DNA of 62,197 nucleotides, counting the filler, from Collodictyon triciliatum (lineage: Eukaryota), in assembly GCA_043381765.1 (NCBI GenBank). It is 4 parts of 4 records of this genome, joined end to end, with 100 filler letters (N's around TTAATTAATTAA, not from the genome) between each part and the next. Parts side by side here need not be neighbours in the genome. Positions count along the whole stretch, not along the records: positions 18,301 to 31,792 come from JBHJMP010000544.1; positions 31,893 to 56,320 come from JBHJMP010000545.1; 2 more parts are not named here. The stretch is one strand, 5' to 3'. Shown here in pieces: positions 30,401 through 43,400 of this stretch (the stretch's first letter is position 1; each line of letters begins with the position of its first letter). The notes below the pieces were generated by a model. It saw only the letters and a list, made by a program, of their open reading frames with translations. It made no database searches and was not told where the DNA came from. A program made the translations under genes and the position numbers.

Positions 30401-30974
30401 ATTCTTCCCTTCGGCGTCGTCTTTATCGAGCTTTACTTTATCCTCGCATCCATCTGGCAGAATCAGTTCTACTACGTCTTTGGCATCTTGTTTCTTGTTG
30501 TCTGCATCCTCATCATCGCTAGCGGGGAAATCGCAGTGGTGATGATATACTTCCAGCTCTGCCACGAGGTCCTTTCTTTTTTCTTTGATATTCATCCGTT
30601 TGCCTTCGCATATGTAGACATCATGTGAATCCTATATTGCGGTATCCCCTCTGTTACTGTGCTCTTTCCCCACTTTTTATTTATCTATTTATTTTAATAT
30701 TTTCTCGTTTCTCTTTGGGTGGACACCACCGCAGGACTATCACTGGTGGTGGAGGTCGTTCCTGACGTCCGGCGCATCGTCCATCTACATCTTCCTATAC
30801 TCGATTTTCTACTTTGCCACGCGCCTGCACATCCACTCCTTCGTCTCCGGACTCCTTTTCTTCAGCTACACCACAATCATGTGCATCATCTTTTTTGTGC
30901 TGACAGGGACCGTCGGTTACTTTGCGTCTCTGTGGTTTGTCCGCAAGATTTACTCATCCATCAAGGTTGATTAG
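27003..30974 (+). CDS. Transmembrane 9 superfamily (nonaspanin/EMP70) protein, TM9SF2/4-like, 9 exons
   Basis: Signal peptide, then FYLPGVAP, ENLGEVLTGDRIENS, DNLPAAT, IHWFSIVNS, GWKLVHGDVFRPP, LSPANRG, RTNQIPRSIP, GGILPFG, EDYHWWWRSF, and C-terminal IKVD followed by TAG. All introns GT-AG. Confidence 0.97.
29500..30028. repeat. A-rich minisatellites (about 18-mer AAAAAAACAAGAAATATT and 11-mer AAAAAAGAAAT) filling a TM9SF intron, with a gap
   Basis: Read directly. Confidence 0.9.
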
Positions 30975-31296
30975 GGCGATGTAAGGAAATGAGATAGCTT
31001 TCCCTTTTTTTTTTTCTTCTCAAGATGAAAATAAAAATAAAATACGTGAGCAGATAGAGAAAACGGAACGCTAACCAAATCATCTGATGTTCTCCTGTGC
31101 GTCTGCACAATATTGTTTGTTTGTTTGTTTGTTTGTTAGTTTTTGTGTGAAGACTTCCAAAGAACGATCTCTTCTATACCCCACAATGTGAATAAATGTG
31201 GTGATCACACCGACAGAGACAGAGTTGAAAGAAGAATAAAAGAAAAACACAATAATTAAGAAAAAGTCTGCTTTGCTGAGAAACAATAAGCACTCA

Positions 31297-31300
<4 letters not shown>

Positions 31301-31350
<50 letters not shown>
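31301..31350. repeat. (GA)n microsatellite
   Basis: Read directly. Confidence 0.97.
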
Positions 31351-31354
<4 letters not shown>

Positions 31355-31698
31355 AAAAGCAGATTCTCCAGAAAATAATATTATTAAACTTGGGTTCCTT
31401 CCTTCTTCTCTCAACCCACCATATTCTGAAGCCGAAAAAAAGAAAAAACACGCAAGCGATCGGAAAGAGCGATCCCGAGAAGGAAGAGACCGGCGCCACA
31501 GCCCTGCCCCATGGAATGCCTACTGACCGTTCGCAAACCGTGAAGGCCGACGCAGCCGACCCAGAGAGCGAAAAGGTCACTTGACCACATCCCTTACAAC
31601 ACAGGTTATGCACCGAGACACACCGACGATCAAGACGCCAGCTGCCACCGACTCGTGAGTACAACAAACTACTAATAAGACGGAGCGAGCTCTTTGAA

Positions 31699-31792
<94 letters not shown>
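31699..31792. repeat. (AAT)n microsatellite at contig end
   Basis: Read directly. Confidence 0.97.
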
Positions 31793-31892
31793 NNNNNNNN
31801 NNNNNNNNNNNNNNNNNNNNNNNNNNNNNNNNNNNNTTAATTAATTAANNNNNNNNNNNNNNNNNNNNNNNNNNNNNNNNNNNNNNNNNNNN
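31793..31892. other. Artificial contig-joining spacer
   Basis: 44 N + TTAATTAATTAA (31837-31848) + 44 N. Confidence 0.95.
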
Positions 31893-32482
31893 TTTTTCTT
31901 TTTTCTTTTTTCTTTTTTCTTTTTTCTTTTTTCTTTTTTCTTTTTTCTTTTTTCTTTTTTCTTTTTTTCGTGGGCCGTTGGAAGCTGACCTTGCGGCGTG
32001 CTTGTTAGTTTAATAGTTGTGATGCTGTAGTGTTTGGTACAATTACGCTGACGTGGCGTTTCCGCGAACAAAAAGCAGAAGCTACTGTGCGATTAAATGC
32101 GGAAAATAAGAAAACTTGAATTTGTTTTCCTTTGCTGGCAACCCGAGCTTGTCGATGCACATCAAAACAGTCACGTTGTCGCGCGCGGAGTCTTCATGCT
32201 ACCTGTATTCTCCGCAAACGATGCATCGTGAAGATCTGTTTTCTGGATACTCTTTTTCTACCCTCGTTTTGTTTCCTTATTTCTTGTGCTTTCATAAAAA
32301 AAAAAAAAAAAGAGAATCTTTCACCAGAAGAGGCCCAATCATACAGATTGTAATGGCTGATACTTTTTCGTTGTCATTCATTTTGTTTTGCTAGTGTTCA
32401 TATTTTAATCTGCATTGAAATCATGAGTTATATTGTCTAGAATTCACTCATGTGACGAGTGGAGATGTACAAAATGAACGCA

Positions 32483-34546
32483 CTAGTACACCTCCACAGA
32501 ATTTGAATCCGAGCACTGGACAACTATGAGGTTACCTCTAGAATCAAACTTTGCAGCGCAAGCTCGGTATACATCAATAATACGACGAAGCTTTCCCGTT
32601 GGCAGATATAACATGATTTGGCCTTGGACGCTGTCCGTTATCATCAGAGTGCCTTCGGGTCCGTAAGATATACAAGATGAGCCCTGAATTTTTTCCACCT
32701 GAAAACTGCGAATAAGCGTACCAATTTTTGAATCAAAGACCTGGACAGTGCTCGTTTTAAAGGAAACAAACAGCTCCCCGCTATCATTCACCAAAAGCCC
32801 CTCGGGAGGGCCATCAAATTTGAAGGTTTGTGTCTGTACAATCTTCATCAGCAACTTTCCATCTGTGGCATATTTGTGTATCGCTCGACCATCAGGGCTT
32901 GAGACATAAAGATTGTCATATTCATCAAAAGTTGCACGCCCAAGATTCACTCTTCTTGTATCAAAGGCGACCGTCTTTGTGATTTCGGGGAATGCACCGC
33001 CGTTTTGCTCAACAAACTCAATTCGGCCCTGGGCAGAGTTTAGAAGCACAAGGACCCTGCCACTGTTTGATATTGCGATGTCCATGAAACCGGACGCAAC
33101 TGAATGTACACCGTATTTAACGGAATCGATGTATTTCAGATCTGATGAGAAACGACGAACAACAGAATTTGCTGACTCACAAATATAGATATCGCCCGTG
33201 ATTGGGTGAACTGCTATGCCACGTGGGTCCATAAACTGCATTGGGCCGTGTCCATAGCTGCCAAACCGCAACTTTCGTGACTGGAGTGAATTGATGGGAC
33301 GGTGGATGACTTGAAGAGGAAAATAAATCATCCTTTGGTGCGGTGGTGTTTTTGTGCGGATAGTTTCAGGTAATAAGCGGCGGAGTCTCTTCATTCCTTC
33401 GATTTGGGGTTGAAATTTTTGAGATGCAGCAGATGAAAATCGCCTGTAGACTGAGGCAAGGGCTGGCGGACTTTGCGCATGAAGGCGCTTTAGAGACTTG
33501 AATAACTGAAAGGCGGATTGGAGTGAAAGAAGGGTGGTGCACACTTGAGTTTCGTAGGATGATTGAAACTTGCGGTCAGCAGAAGAATGTTCGAGGAGCT
33601 ATCAAAAAAAATTATTTAGCAAGCTGATGGTTGAGCGGAAATGATATATTATGTAAGGTTGTATAGGTAAAAATAAGCCAGTCCTTCATGAATGGTTCCG
33701 TAATTATTTCTTTTTGTAATTTATAAACAGACCATGAATTATAATGAAGGATGGCATATTATTCCAGGTAACATGGAATAAGTTTTTCGCGAGGGGGTTG
33801 TACCTGTGCGTGCGCTGCTTTTTGATAATCACCAATTACTTCGATTGATGATGCGAAAGAAGAGGCTATCTGTTGGTCGAGGTCTTCAAAATATTCAGCG
33901 ATCTTTGCAGGAGGTTTTGATGAATTAGAGCTCACCTTCATTTGGTTTTATTTTTTTTCCTTTTTTTGCTTTTTTTGCTTTTTTTTGCTTTTTTTCTTTT
34001 TTGCTTTTTCTTTTTTTGCTTTTTTGCTTTTTTGCTTTTTCTTTTTCTTTTTTCTTTTTCTTTTTTCTTTTTCTTTTTTCTTTTTCTTTTTTCTTTTTCT
34101 TTTTTCTTTTTNNNNNNNNNNNNNNNNNNNNNNNNNNNNNNNNNNNNNNNNNNNNNNNNNNNNNNNNNNNNNNNNNNNNNNNNNNNNNNNNNNNNNNNNN
34201 NNNNNNNNNNNTTTTTTTTCTTTTTTTTCTTTTTTTCTTTTTTTCTTTTTTGGTTTTTTTTGTTTGTTTTTTGTTTGTTTTTTGTTTGGATAGAGGCCAT
34301 AGCCCTATTCCGAGACAAATGAGTTTATGCTCGTGGGGAAGATATGTTTCGTTAGGGTGCAATACTGCGATCCTACTCAAGTCACCTGATCAGCCCTTTC
34401 ATCCAAGGCTTCTGCACGGCTGATTGTGTGACTGAGGCGATCCTTGGCCCTTGTTTTGGGTGCCCTTGGTTCCTCTGCTGTGGCTTTACGTCGCCAGAAA
34501 ATATTATGCGTCCCGGCTCTGTCAAACTCTGTGATCTCGTCCCTTT
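32483..34546 (-). CDS. Coiled-coil plus NHL-repeat beta-propeller protein (TRIM-NHL-like); N-terminal RING appears disrupted, so possibly a pseudogene
   Basis: Exon 32483-33598 has FGSYGHGPMQFMDPRGIAVHPITGDIYICESANSVV and further NHL-like repeats. Helical upstream exons 33804-33903 and 34386-34546 join in phase through GT-AG introns. No intact start was found. Confidence 0.75.
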
Positions 34547-35178
34547 CTAAAGGCTTGGATCAGTCTCGGGCATGGTCAGGAGAGAAGGAAAAAGAGCCGG
34601 AATTCTGGGTGGCTCTGTGCCCAAGCCATAGAACCGCGGAGTGATGACCGCCACATCCAAAGGCACACCACAGCTTTTGTATTGGGTATGTGAAGAGCAA
34701 CCGAAGATGAAGACCAAGGCATAGGGAAAAAGAGAAAGAAGAGAGTAGGCAAGCGTAGTTCTCATAGCAGATGACATAATTTGGTGTCAGAACCGTTTCA
34801 ACAGGAACAGTATCCTTGACAGTTTAAGATTCTGGGTAGTGCAGTTTTAGGAGCCAACAAAAGAAATCCAGAAAAGCCTTCTATAGTTTTCTCGGTGTCC
34901 GTTATGATAAGGGGTAAGGGGTGTTTTTTGGGGTGGTGCGTGATGGATGCCTCAGACAACAACCTATTTTGATTGAACATCGATATTTTTCTTCTTTTTG
35001 GCTGCGCTATGGGCGCCTCAGCACACTTAGCGCTATAGACGCCTGTTGGGTTTAACAATGACTCTGCTAATGTGGTAAGATTTTCTGCGAGAGTTTATTT
35101 TTATTTTATTTTTATCTGCTTGATGTGCGAGCATCTGATAAGCTATCTGCTATGGGTATTTTTTTCGGGGCTCACGAT

Positions 35179-35862
35179 TCATTTATTGCTTTTCATGGAG
35201 CTTTGGACTGCGGTCTTGTTGTAGCAAAGAGAAAATATTGTCCTAAACAACGATTTTTGTACCACAACATTCAGTAAATGTGCAAAAGAGGCCATCGGGT
35301 GCTGGTACAAGAAGAGCATTTTTTTATTATATTCGTATAAATGGGGCTCTTCTCGGAGTATTTGGGCTTCGTTTGGAGTTAGAGCGATTGCAAGCCAAGC
35401 AACATCGTGAGTAGTTCCTGTGTAGTTGCATTCATCTATCACCTTTTGCGTCTTAACATAGAGTCCGTGCCTTTCGAGGACCTCGGTATTAAAGGCTTCC
35501 ACGGCCTGGCATACCGACTCGTTGGTTTTTTTGATCGCATATGCTACACAACAGAAGCAGTGTGAAATGAGACAAAGCACTTGGCTACAGTTAGACATGG
35601 CATTTCCCCGAATCGATTCGCATATAAGGTTCATGTGTCTCTTCCAATCCACTGCAACCACTCCTAGTTTTATCAAGGGTTCTGGAATTTGAGTGATATC
35701 GTCTTCAGCCATGACTTTTGGAGTATCCCACAGGCAACTTTCGTAAGGAACAATATCAATTATCAGTCTCTCGCCACTAGAGGATGGGCGGTGTGCTCCA
35801 TACGAAAAACGCTGAGTTCCCGTAGCCGGATAGGAGCGAAGCTTTTTTGCTTGGTAGGACAT
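35179..35862 (-). CDS. Intronless Cys-rich protein of unknown function (loosely Golgin-A7/Erf4-like); probable 1-nt frameshift near the 3' end
   Basis: 227-codon ATG ORF with a central hydrophobic Cys cluster (CSQVLCLISHCFCCVAY) and AVEAFNTEVLERHGLYVK. The family call is inference only. Confidence 0.6.
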   Translation of the reverse strand: MSYQAKKLRSYPATGTQRFSYGAHRPSSSGERLIIDIVPYESCLWDTPKVMAEDDITQIPEPLIKLGVVAVDWKRHMNLICESIRGNAMSNCSQVLCLISHCFCCVAYAIKKTNESVCQAVEAFNTEVLERHGLYVKTQKVIDECNYTGTTHDVAWLAIALTPNEAQILREEPHLYEYNKKMLFLYQHPMASFAHLLNVVVQKSLFRTIFSLCYNKTAVQSSMKSNK

Positions 35863-37450
35863 ATCCTATAATTGGGCCATCTCTTTATCTTCTTTTTTTC
35901 GAGTTGTTCTGAGACGCTTTGAGGTTAAAGTTGATTAGATTGGATTTTCATTTGAAATAATTGCACTCATCAAGCAGGTGCATCGGACAACTTATGGCTG
36001 TTTAAATTTTTGCTGACTGACGACAGGGCGCGCGATTGTGAGTCACCCTTTGAATAATAAGGACTAGCCAAACTAAGGCTATTTTTCTAGAAAGATTTTG
36101 GGTCTTTTTTTAAGAGGTCTTGTAATAAGGTGCTGTTGTGCTGGATGTGTTAAGAGCCACTTGAATACGCCGTTTGTAAGGGAAGTTAAGAGATGTTACA
36201 TGCAATCGCCCGATATTTATGTATATATGGTGTGTCGCCTCTAATTGACCAAAAGATATCTCCAAAGCCTTATATCGATATGCAGCCTTTTTGATGGTCT
36301 ATCTGCAGTCATATCGAAATGTAAACGGTCGCTTCAGAGACTAAACCCACAAGGCTTTATTGCAACATTTGCAGTGATGTACTATCAATAATCCTACAAT
36401 TGGGCAAGCCATGATTTACGCGTAGCCGGTTGTTTCTTTAAAATAAAATAAAAATTGTATCAAGAGATACTTTACTTTAATTCGATAAAGATGGTCTCAC
36501 AGAATAGATATGAGATCAAGTTATTTACTCTCAGATTTTGTCGTTCTCTCATATGCACAAGTTACACAACACGCTGACAATAATTTACAGCGTTGCCACT
36601 TAACTAAAAAAAACTGAATGAATGGCTGCATGTGTACTATTATAAAAAAGCTTATATCCAATCGTTCAACTTTGAATCGCATGAAGGGGGGAAAATATCA
36701 CAATCGTTTAGTTTCATCACCTATGTATATTTTTTTTAACATTCATTCTGAAATAGTTACAAAGCGGCTTTAATGAAATGAAACATCAGTGAGCTCGAAC
36801 TAGCCAGAAAATGTTTCAGCGTGTATGAGAAAATAAGATGCATGCCCACCCGACTCCATCTTTTTCAGGGATGGATTTTTGACGCTTGGTTTTGTCGGGC
36901 TGAGGTGAGAATGAATTATCAATGCTCATCGTTTCAATATCACGTATAAGTCATATTCACTAACTGCAAAAGATTATTTCTTCTATCTTTTANNNNNNNN
37001 NNNNNNNNNNNNNNNNNNNNNNNNNNNNNNNNNNNNNNNNNNNNNNNNNNNNNNNNNNNNNNNNNNNNNNNNNNNNNNNNNNNNNNNNNNNNNNNNNNNN
37101 NNNNNNNNNNNNNNNNNNNNNNNNNNNNNNNNNNNNNNNNNNNNNNNNNNNNNNNNNNNNNNNNNNNNNNNNNNNNNNNNNNNNNNNNNNNNNNNNNNNN
37201 NNNNNNNNNNNNNNNNNNNNNNNNNNNNNNNNNNNNNNNNNNNNNNNNNNNNNNNNNNNNNNNNNNNNNNNNNNNNNNNNNNNNNNNNNNNNNNNNNNNN
37301 NNNNNNNNNNNNNNNNNNNNNNNNNNNNNNNNNNNNNNNNNNNNNNNNNNNNNNNNNNNNNNNNNNNNNNNNNNNNNNNNNNNNNNNNNNNNNNNNNNNN
37401 NNNNNNNNNNNNNNNNNNNNNNNNNNNNNNNNNNNNNNNNNNNNNCGGGA

Positions 37451-40400
37451 ATGTCCACTACACCGACAACATCGCCAGTTGCAAATCCGGTTACGCGCAC
37501 GAGGCAGCCTCTCAAACCTCTGCGAAAATCCTCTGCGGGTAAACTGCGGGCAACTCCGTCTCCTGAAAACTCGCAGGATTTTGCTTCCCATGAAAAGATC
37601 AGAGCACTTGGACAAGCATCTGCCTTGGTTTCTCGTATGTGTTGCAACCTCCTTTTCTTTTTTTATGGCTTAAAGTTTGTCTCCCTTGCTGATATTTTGT
37701 TGATATCTCTTTTTAATCGATGGTTTTTTTATCTTGATTTAATTGCTATCAATACTCTCATCACAGAAAAGTCTGAAGAACGCATGTGGCTCGAAAGGGT
37801 TACCAGTCCAGCAGGTGCCTCTGAAAAGTTTGACAAACACTCAAAGATTAGGTTGAAATGCGACTTATGATATACCATATTAAATATAATTATTTTGTAT
37901 TCCCTCGGTCCTGCACAAAAGTTGAAAGGAAGAATAAAAAAAAATAATTATTTTGTATTCATTTTGTTCCGTAGATATTTATTATATTTTACTTTTGGAA
38001 AAAAATATCGTTTCGCTGGTATTGTCTCCCAAATTAATCTGCCTTTATAACGATTTACCAACAGAAAGAGCCAAGATGAACTGGTTGATGCACTCATGAG
38101 CCGTTCAGTTACAAATAAAGGTATTCAAATTAGAAATATAAGCGTGTTCATAATACACCAAATCCACCATCTCCATATATTGCTTTGTATCAGATACTTA
38201 GTTCTCATTTTGATTACACAGTCCTAGACAAATATTCATTTTCTGCTTTGAACATTGAGCATAGAATTTCAGAGGTTGGCCATCTGATAATACAAAGAGA
38301 ATAGAAATAAACTCAAGAAATCGCCTCAATTTTCCAGTTTTATGTTTTTCTTCTATTTTCGCTTGATTCCTTCTGTAAGATATTTAAATATTATATTTAT
38401 TCACTGTATTGTTTCAATATGCTCCTCACAATCCTATGTCTGGGCTGTAGGATGGTGTTTTTCGGTCTTACATTTCGACAGATTCATCTAACAGCCTGAT
38501 ACCAGAAGATTATCACTTGAAAAGACACCACAATCAGCCACGACTTGCGTTTGGATGTATGAATTAATCGTGTGTATCCATTCTTTTATTTGTCGCTAAT
38601 GCCTTCTTTTATTTTAAGCTATCATGTATGGCTATTGACTTTTGTTGCTTTTTTTGTGTATGTCAATTCGTTTTTGTATTCAATATTTATTGGGTTAAAT
38701 CATGATTGTTAACTATATGTGCAATTGAAACAATTCCCTGCCCATATTTCAATTTTCTTTTGTTCTATTTACTTTTATTTTTTCTCATTCCATCAAAATT
38801 GTCTACTTTAGCGAAAATCAATGGCTCGGAAGTAGATAGATCAAAATCACCGCAGCAACCTTTACCCGTAGGACTTCGCCCGTCTGACCGCCGTGACGCG
38901 GCTGTGCTTCGAGAAGCATTTCGAATGGCACTCAAGAAAGTTAAAGACCAATCAGGTATATTTATGTGATTTTGAAAAGTATTCAAATCGTATTTTGAAC
39001 AGATTTTTATTGATTTGAATCATACAGAATGTCATGTGGTATTTGATAATTAACTAATATTGATTGGTTGCTGTGCAGAATATTTCGAACAATCCCGTTA
39101 TGTTTACATGTCTTGCTTCAACGAATTACATCGCCAGGTTTATCCTACAGCGACCGTTCTGTTATGCATTGTTCTATTATTATTCTTTGAAAATAAAAAC
39201 ATCATCTGCATTTGTATTTGAAAGGAAAATAAAAACCAATTTTATTATGAAAAAGGTTATGTCGCACTGCCAGGAGAGGGGAGAACTTCTATATGAATTA
39301 TGGCATGGAATGATATCTCTAGTGGATAAAAGTAAGCCATACAGAGGGTCTCCAGATAATAGAGGTAGCAAAATTAAATGATAAATGCTTCTTTTTTTTT
39401 TTTATTATCGTACGCCTCCTGATTGATGAGTAGTTAAAAAACTTTTTCATCTTTATATCTTTTCATATTTTCATTTTTTTTTTAAAAAAAAAAAAAAGAA
39501 GCACCATTGTCATTTACCTCTCTTTAGATATTCTCAATCGATCGCAGACAATTGAAAATGAATGGATTGTAGTTGATTGCATCTTAAACGTTGCTCTTAG
39601 ATAACGATAGGTCGGGCTTTGACTCGAGAGATAAATCACAAGAGTTTGATATTAAAAAAGCTGACTCTGATGAAGAGAAAACAAGACTGTTTGAAATAAT
39701 TGATGGGTAATCGAAGTTCATCACATGAAATATGAAGAATAATTAAAATTATATGATTGGTATTATAAACGCACATTTTTTTCAGCCTTCGAAGCCACCT
39801 CACCGAAATTAAGGACCAGATGGTTGGCTCTTATCTACTTTTCTCTTTTTTTTTTTAATTTTTTTTAATTTTTTAATTTTTTAATTTTTTAATTTTTTAA
39901 TTTTTTAATTTTTTAATTTTTTAATTTTTTAATTTTTTAATTTTTGTCAGGCCAAGATACCTTTTCCATATGTTTGGCTGATTTTTTTTTGTCTTTTTTC
40001 ATTTTATTTTAATAGTTTAACGTTGAATATACATAAATGAAGCATCTACCATCACCAAAGGTCCATCATTGCTTATTTTCATGTAAGTAAGCGTATTTTG
40101 TGCATAGGCGCTTCGTGAAAGTGAAGATATGGAAAAGACAAAATACTATGAACAAAAAATAGACCAAGCAGAATTAAAATATGCTGCAGAAATCAAGCAA
40201 TATCAAGAATACAGCAGCCGGCTTGGTTAGCAAAGAATCTCTTAATAAGCGCTCTATGATGAATGAAGAAAAAAACAGCATATACTCAATTATGACTTTT
40301 TTTTTTTTTTTTTACATATTTGAGTTCTGTAAATTTTTATGCAAATTATCGAAATTGTAGAACGCGTGCTGGCACCTGTAATGGATTTATACTCCCGCTT

Positions 40401-43400
40401 ATCAAACCCGGAGAATCTTGCATTTGTATGTAAACGATAGCATCAATATGAATGTTTTCCAAATACTTTTGTAAAGCTAACGTGACGGATAGGAACGAGT
40501 GGATAAATTCGGACGAATGATGGGAGTTGTATCCGCACTTGTATCAGACCATCAAGTAAAGGCTGTAGAAACAGAAAAGCTTATGAACAAGGTGTATTTT
40601 TTCTTTGTGAATATAATAAATTGGATTGTATTTTGAATTCAATATTTTAAAAAATAATGAATTATTGTAAATTGAACATATGTCTTTGATTTCATTAAAC
40701 CCGACTCTTAAAAAAAAACTGAAAATATTTGAAACAAAGCTGGATGAAGAAATATACATGTACCAAACCATCATAAAGAGAACGGAAGATAAATTGAATG
40801 AGGACAAAACTATTAGAGCGCGCATAGAGACCAAAGTAGTTCGTTTTAAAAAAAAAGACATCACCTAATTTGTCTGTTATTGTTATGTCTAACATATGGG
40901 GAAAAGTTATATCAAGCTTACTTGTCGGAATATAGCTTCAACAACAAATCGAACAGTGTCATCGTTATGAGGAGAGAATTAATGCACTCTTGTCAGTATC
41001 ACAAGATAAATCAACACAGACCGAACCTTTCAACGTACTTCACGTAAGGATTAGATGGTACTTATAATAATGCAATCAATTTTATGAACATCATTTTGTA
41101 TATGATATGAAAAGCTACAACATTAATGAAAAATGAAAAAATCAGGCGGTTGCAATCCCATGGCAATACGCACTCGTCGATTTGCCAAAAGGTAAATGAA
41201 TTTCTGTTCTAACACTGGTAAGTGGTATGTACTTGAGTATTATTCATAAGTATTTAACTTATTATCCTTTCTTTCTGTATGTACGGTAATTAATGATATC
41301 AAATGTATTAATTAAAATTTCTAAATAGAAACGAGGCCGATGTATATGCCTGAGAAACGGGTTGTCTCTTTGATAGATGAAGTAATGATGACTGTGTCCC
41401 ACCAATATGACCATGTGAGTTCACTGCTGCTATTCGTTTCAAACTTTCATGCTTGTGAGATTTTTACGTATGCATGAATTTGTCATGTTCTGTCCTTAGC
41501 CCACCCTTCTTTTTCTAATTTCCTTTGTTATGAAGGGATATGACTTTGTGGATGCAACCAAAAAAATACTCATGTCTGGTGACATGACCCCAGAAACCGA
41601 CGTTGGTCGGGTTAGTTATTATTTATTTCTTCATGCTCTAATACTTTTCCGCCTCTCGCTTATTTCTTCACATGCTGCTAATTCTGCGCAGATTATCTAT
41701 GATTTTGTGTCTAGTGTCGAAGAGTTCAAATGGATCAATTCCAAAGTTATGTCATTTGCTCGCTGTGGAGAGATTTTTCATTCTTTTTCAAAACCGTCAA
41801 CAATCGATCTGTTCAGGTTGTTCTTATTTGAAAAAATATATTCATAAAACATAAAGCATATTACTTCGGTATAAACGAATAAAATTGTATGTACTAAATA
41901 ACCATAAAAATCAAAAGGAATACACATGCATTAAATTAAAGGGGAATCCCGAATTCAAACTGACCATCCCACTTTCATAATATCTTTCATTAACAATTTC
42001 GCCCCGCTAATGGAAAAAAAAAGCCAATCAATTCGCTGGTGTAAAATAAACCTGAAGAAATATGTGTTAATGGGAGAAAATGATTCATGGATTATCACAT
42101 CAACCGGAATTGTCTGTTACTATTACATAGTATACTTGCTCATTTATAAATTAGACCATATTTTATTTCTTTATTTCTCTATCAATAACTATACTCACCA
42201 AACTGATAATCAACCCTGCTGATTGTATAATAGGCCGTCTATATTGATAAGTTTTTTGCAAACTACGCTCATATTGAAAAAACTATGTTACTTCTAAGAG
42301 CAGCCACTCTGGGTACCCGAGGGAGAATTAGAGATGTAGAGATGTACTTGTTGTTTTCTAATATCATAAAAATTGCATTTTTTTATTTCTATTGGCCCTT
42401 TCTGTCTTTTAATTATATGATTCGTTTATTTACACTACCGCTCTTTATCATCAAGATTATCGTCTGTAGAACAAAAGCCTGCCGATAAATACCGGATTCC
42501 AGTATTTACTCCTTTGCGAAGCTACTCGTCATTTGTTGTTGATGTGGATAACTTTGTACTAATGTGTCTTGTAGAGGTTTGTCTTTTCTATCACGAGACC
42601 CGTGCGTTAGAAACAAAAAAAAATCCTCATAAAATTTTCTTTATAAATGTATTTGGCATATTCACCTTGTGTACTATAATAATGGTAATTTCTACCTTAT
42701 TTCCATTTCGTGCTGGATTCTGAAAGTATGTCATAATTCATACCGATTCTTCAATCAAACAGGCTGACAGGTCTATCGACTTAGACTATATGCTCCCTTA
42801 TGTTTACAAGGTTTGTCATTGATTTTTAAGGGTGCTTCATTAGCATTCCTCCACTTCTCTCCATTTCCATCGCCTTTATTAAAGAATATGCTAATACATG
42901 GAATCATTTCATCATTACCCTGTTCATCACTCAATCAGGAATTATGTTGTAGGCGACTGCTGTTCTCAATCCAGGCGATGTTGGATTTATGGAGCTGAGA
43001 AGTTTGGTTAGAGTAACGAATAGCACTGTTACACAAGCACAAGTAATGTTTCCTATTCTCTTTTTTTGTATTCTCTTTTTTTTATTCTCTTTTTTTTATT
43101 CTCTTTTTTTTATTCTCTTTTTTTTATTCTCTTTTTTTATTCTCTTTTTTTTATTCTCTTTTTTTTATTCTCTTTTTTTTATTCTCTTTTTTTTATTCTC
43201 TTTTTTTTATTCTCTTTNNNNNNNNNNNNNNNNNNNNNNNNNNNNNNNNNNNNNNNNNNNNNNNNNNNNNNNNNNNNNNNNNNNNNNNNNNNNNNNNNNN
43301 NNNNNNNNNNNNNNNNNTCTTTTTTTATTCTCTTTTTTTATTCTCTTTTTTTATTCTCTTTTTTTATTCTCTTTTTTTATTCTCTTTTTTTATTCTCTTT

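Noticed and set aside
31450-31680. GC-rich stretch near the contig end as a possible structured RNA or SECIS
   Set aside because: No tRNA, snRNA or SECIS motif was recognisable; more likely UTR or the tail of a gene cut by the contig end.
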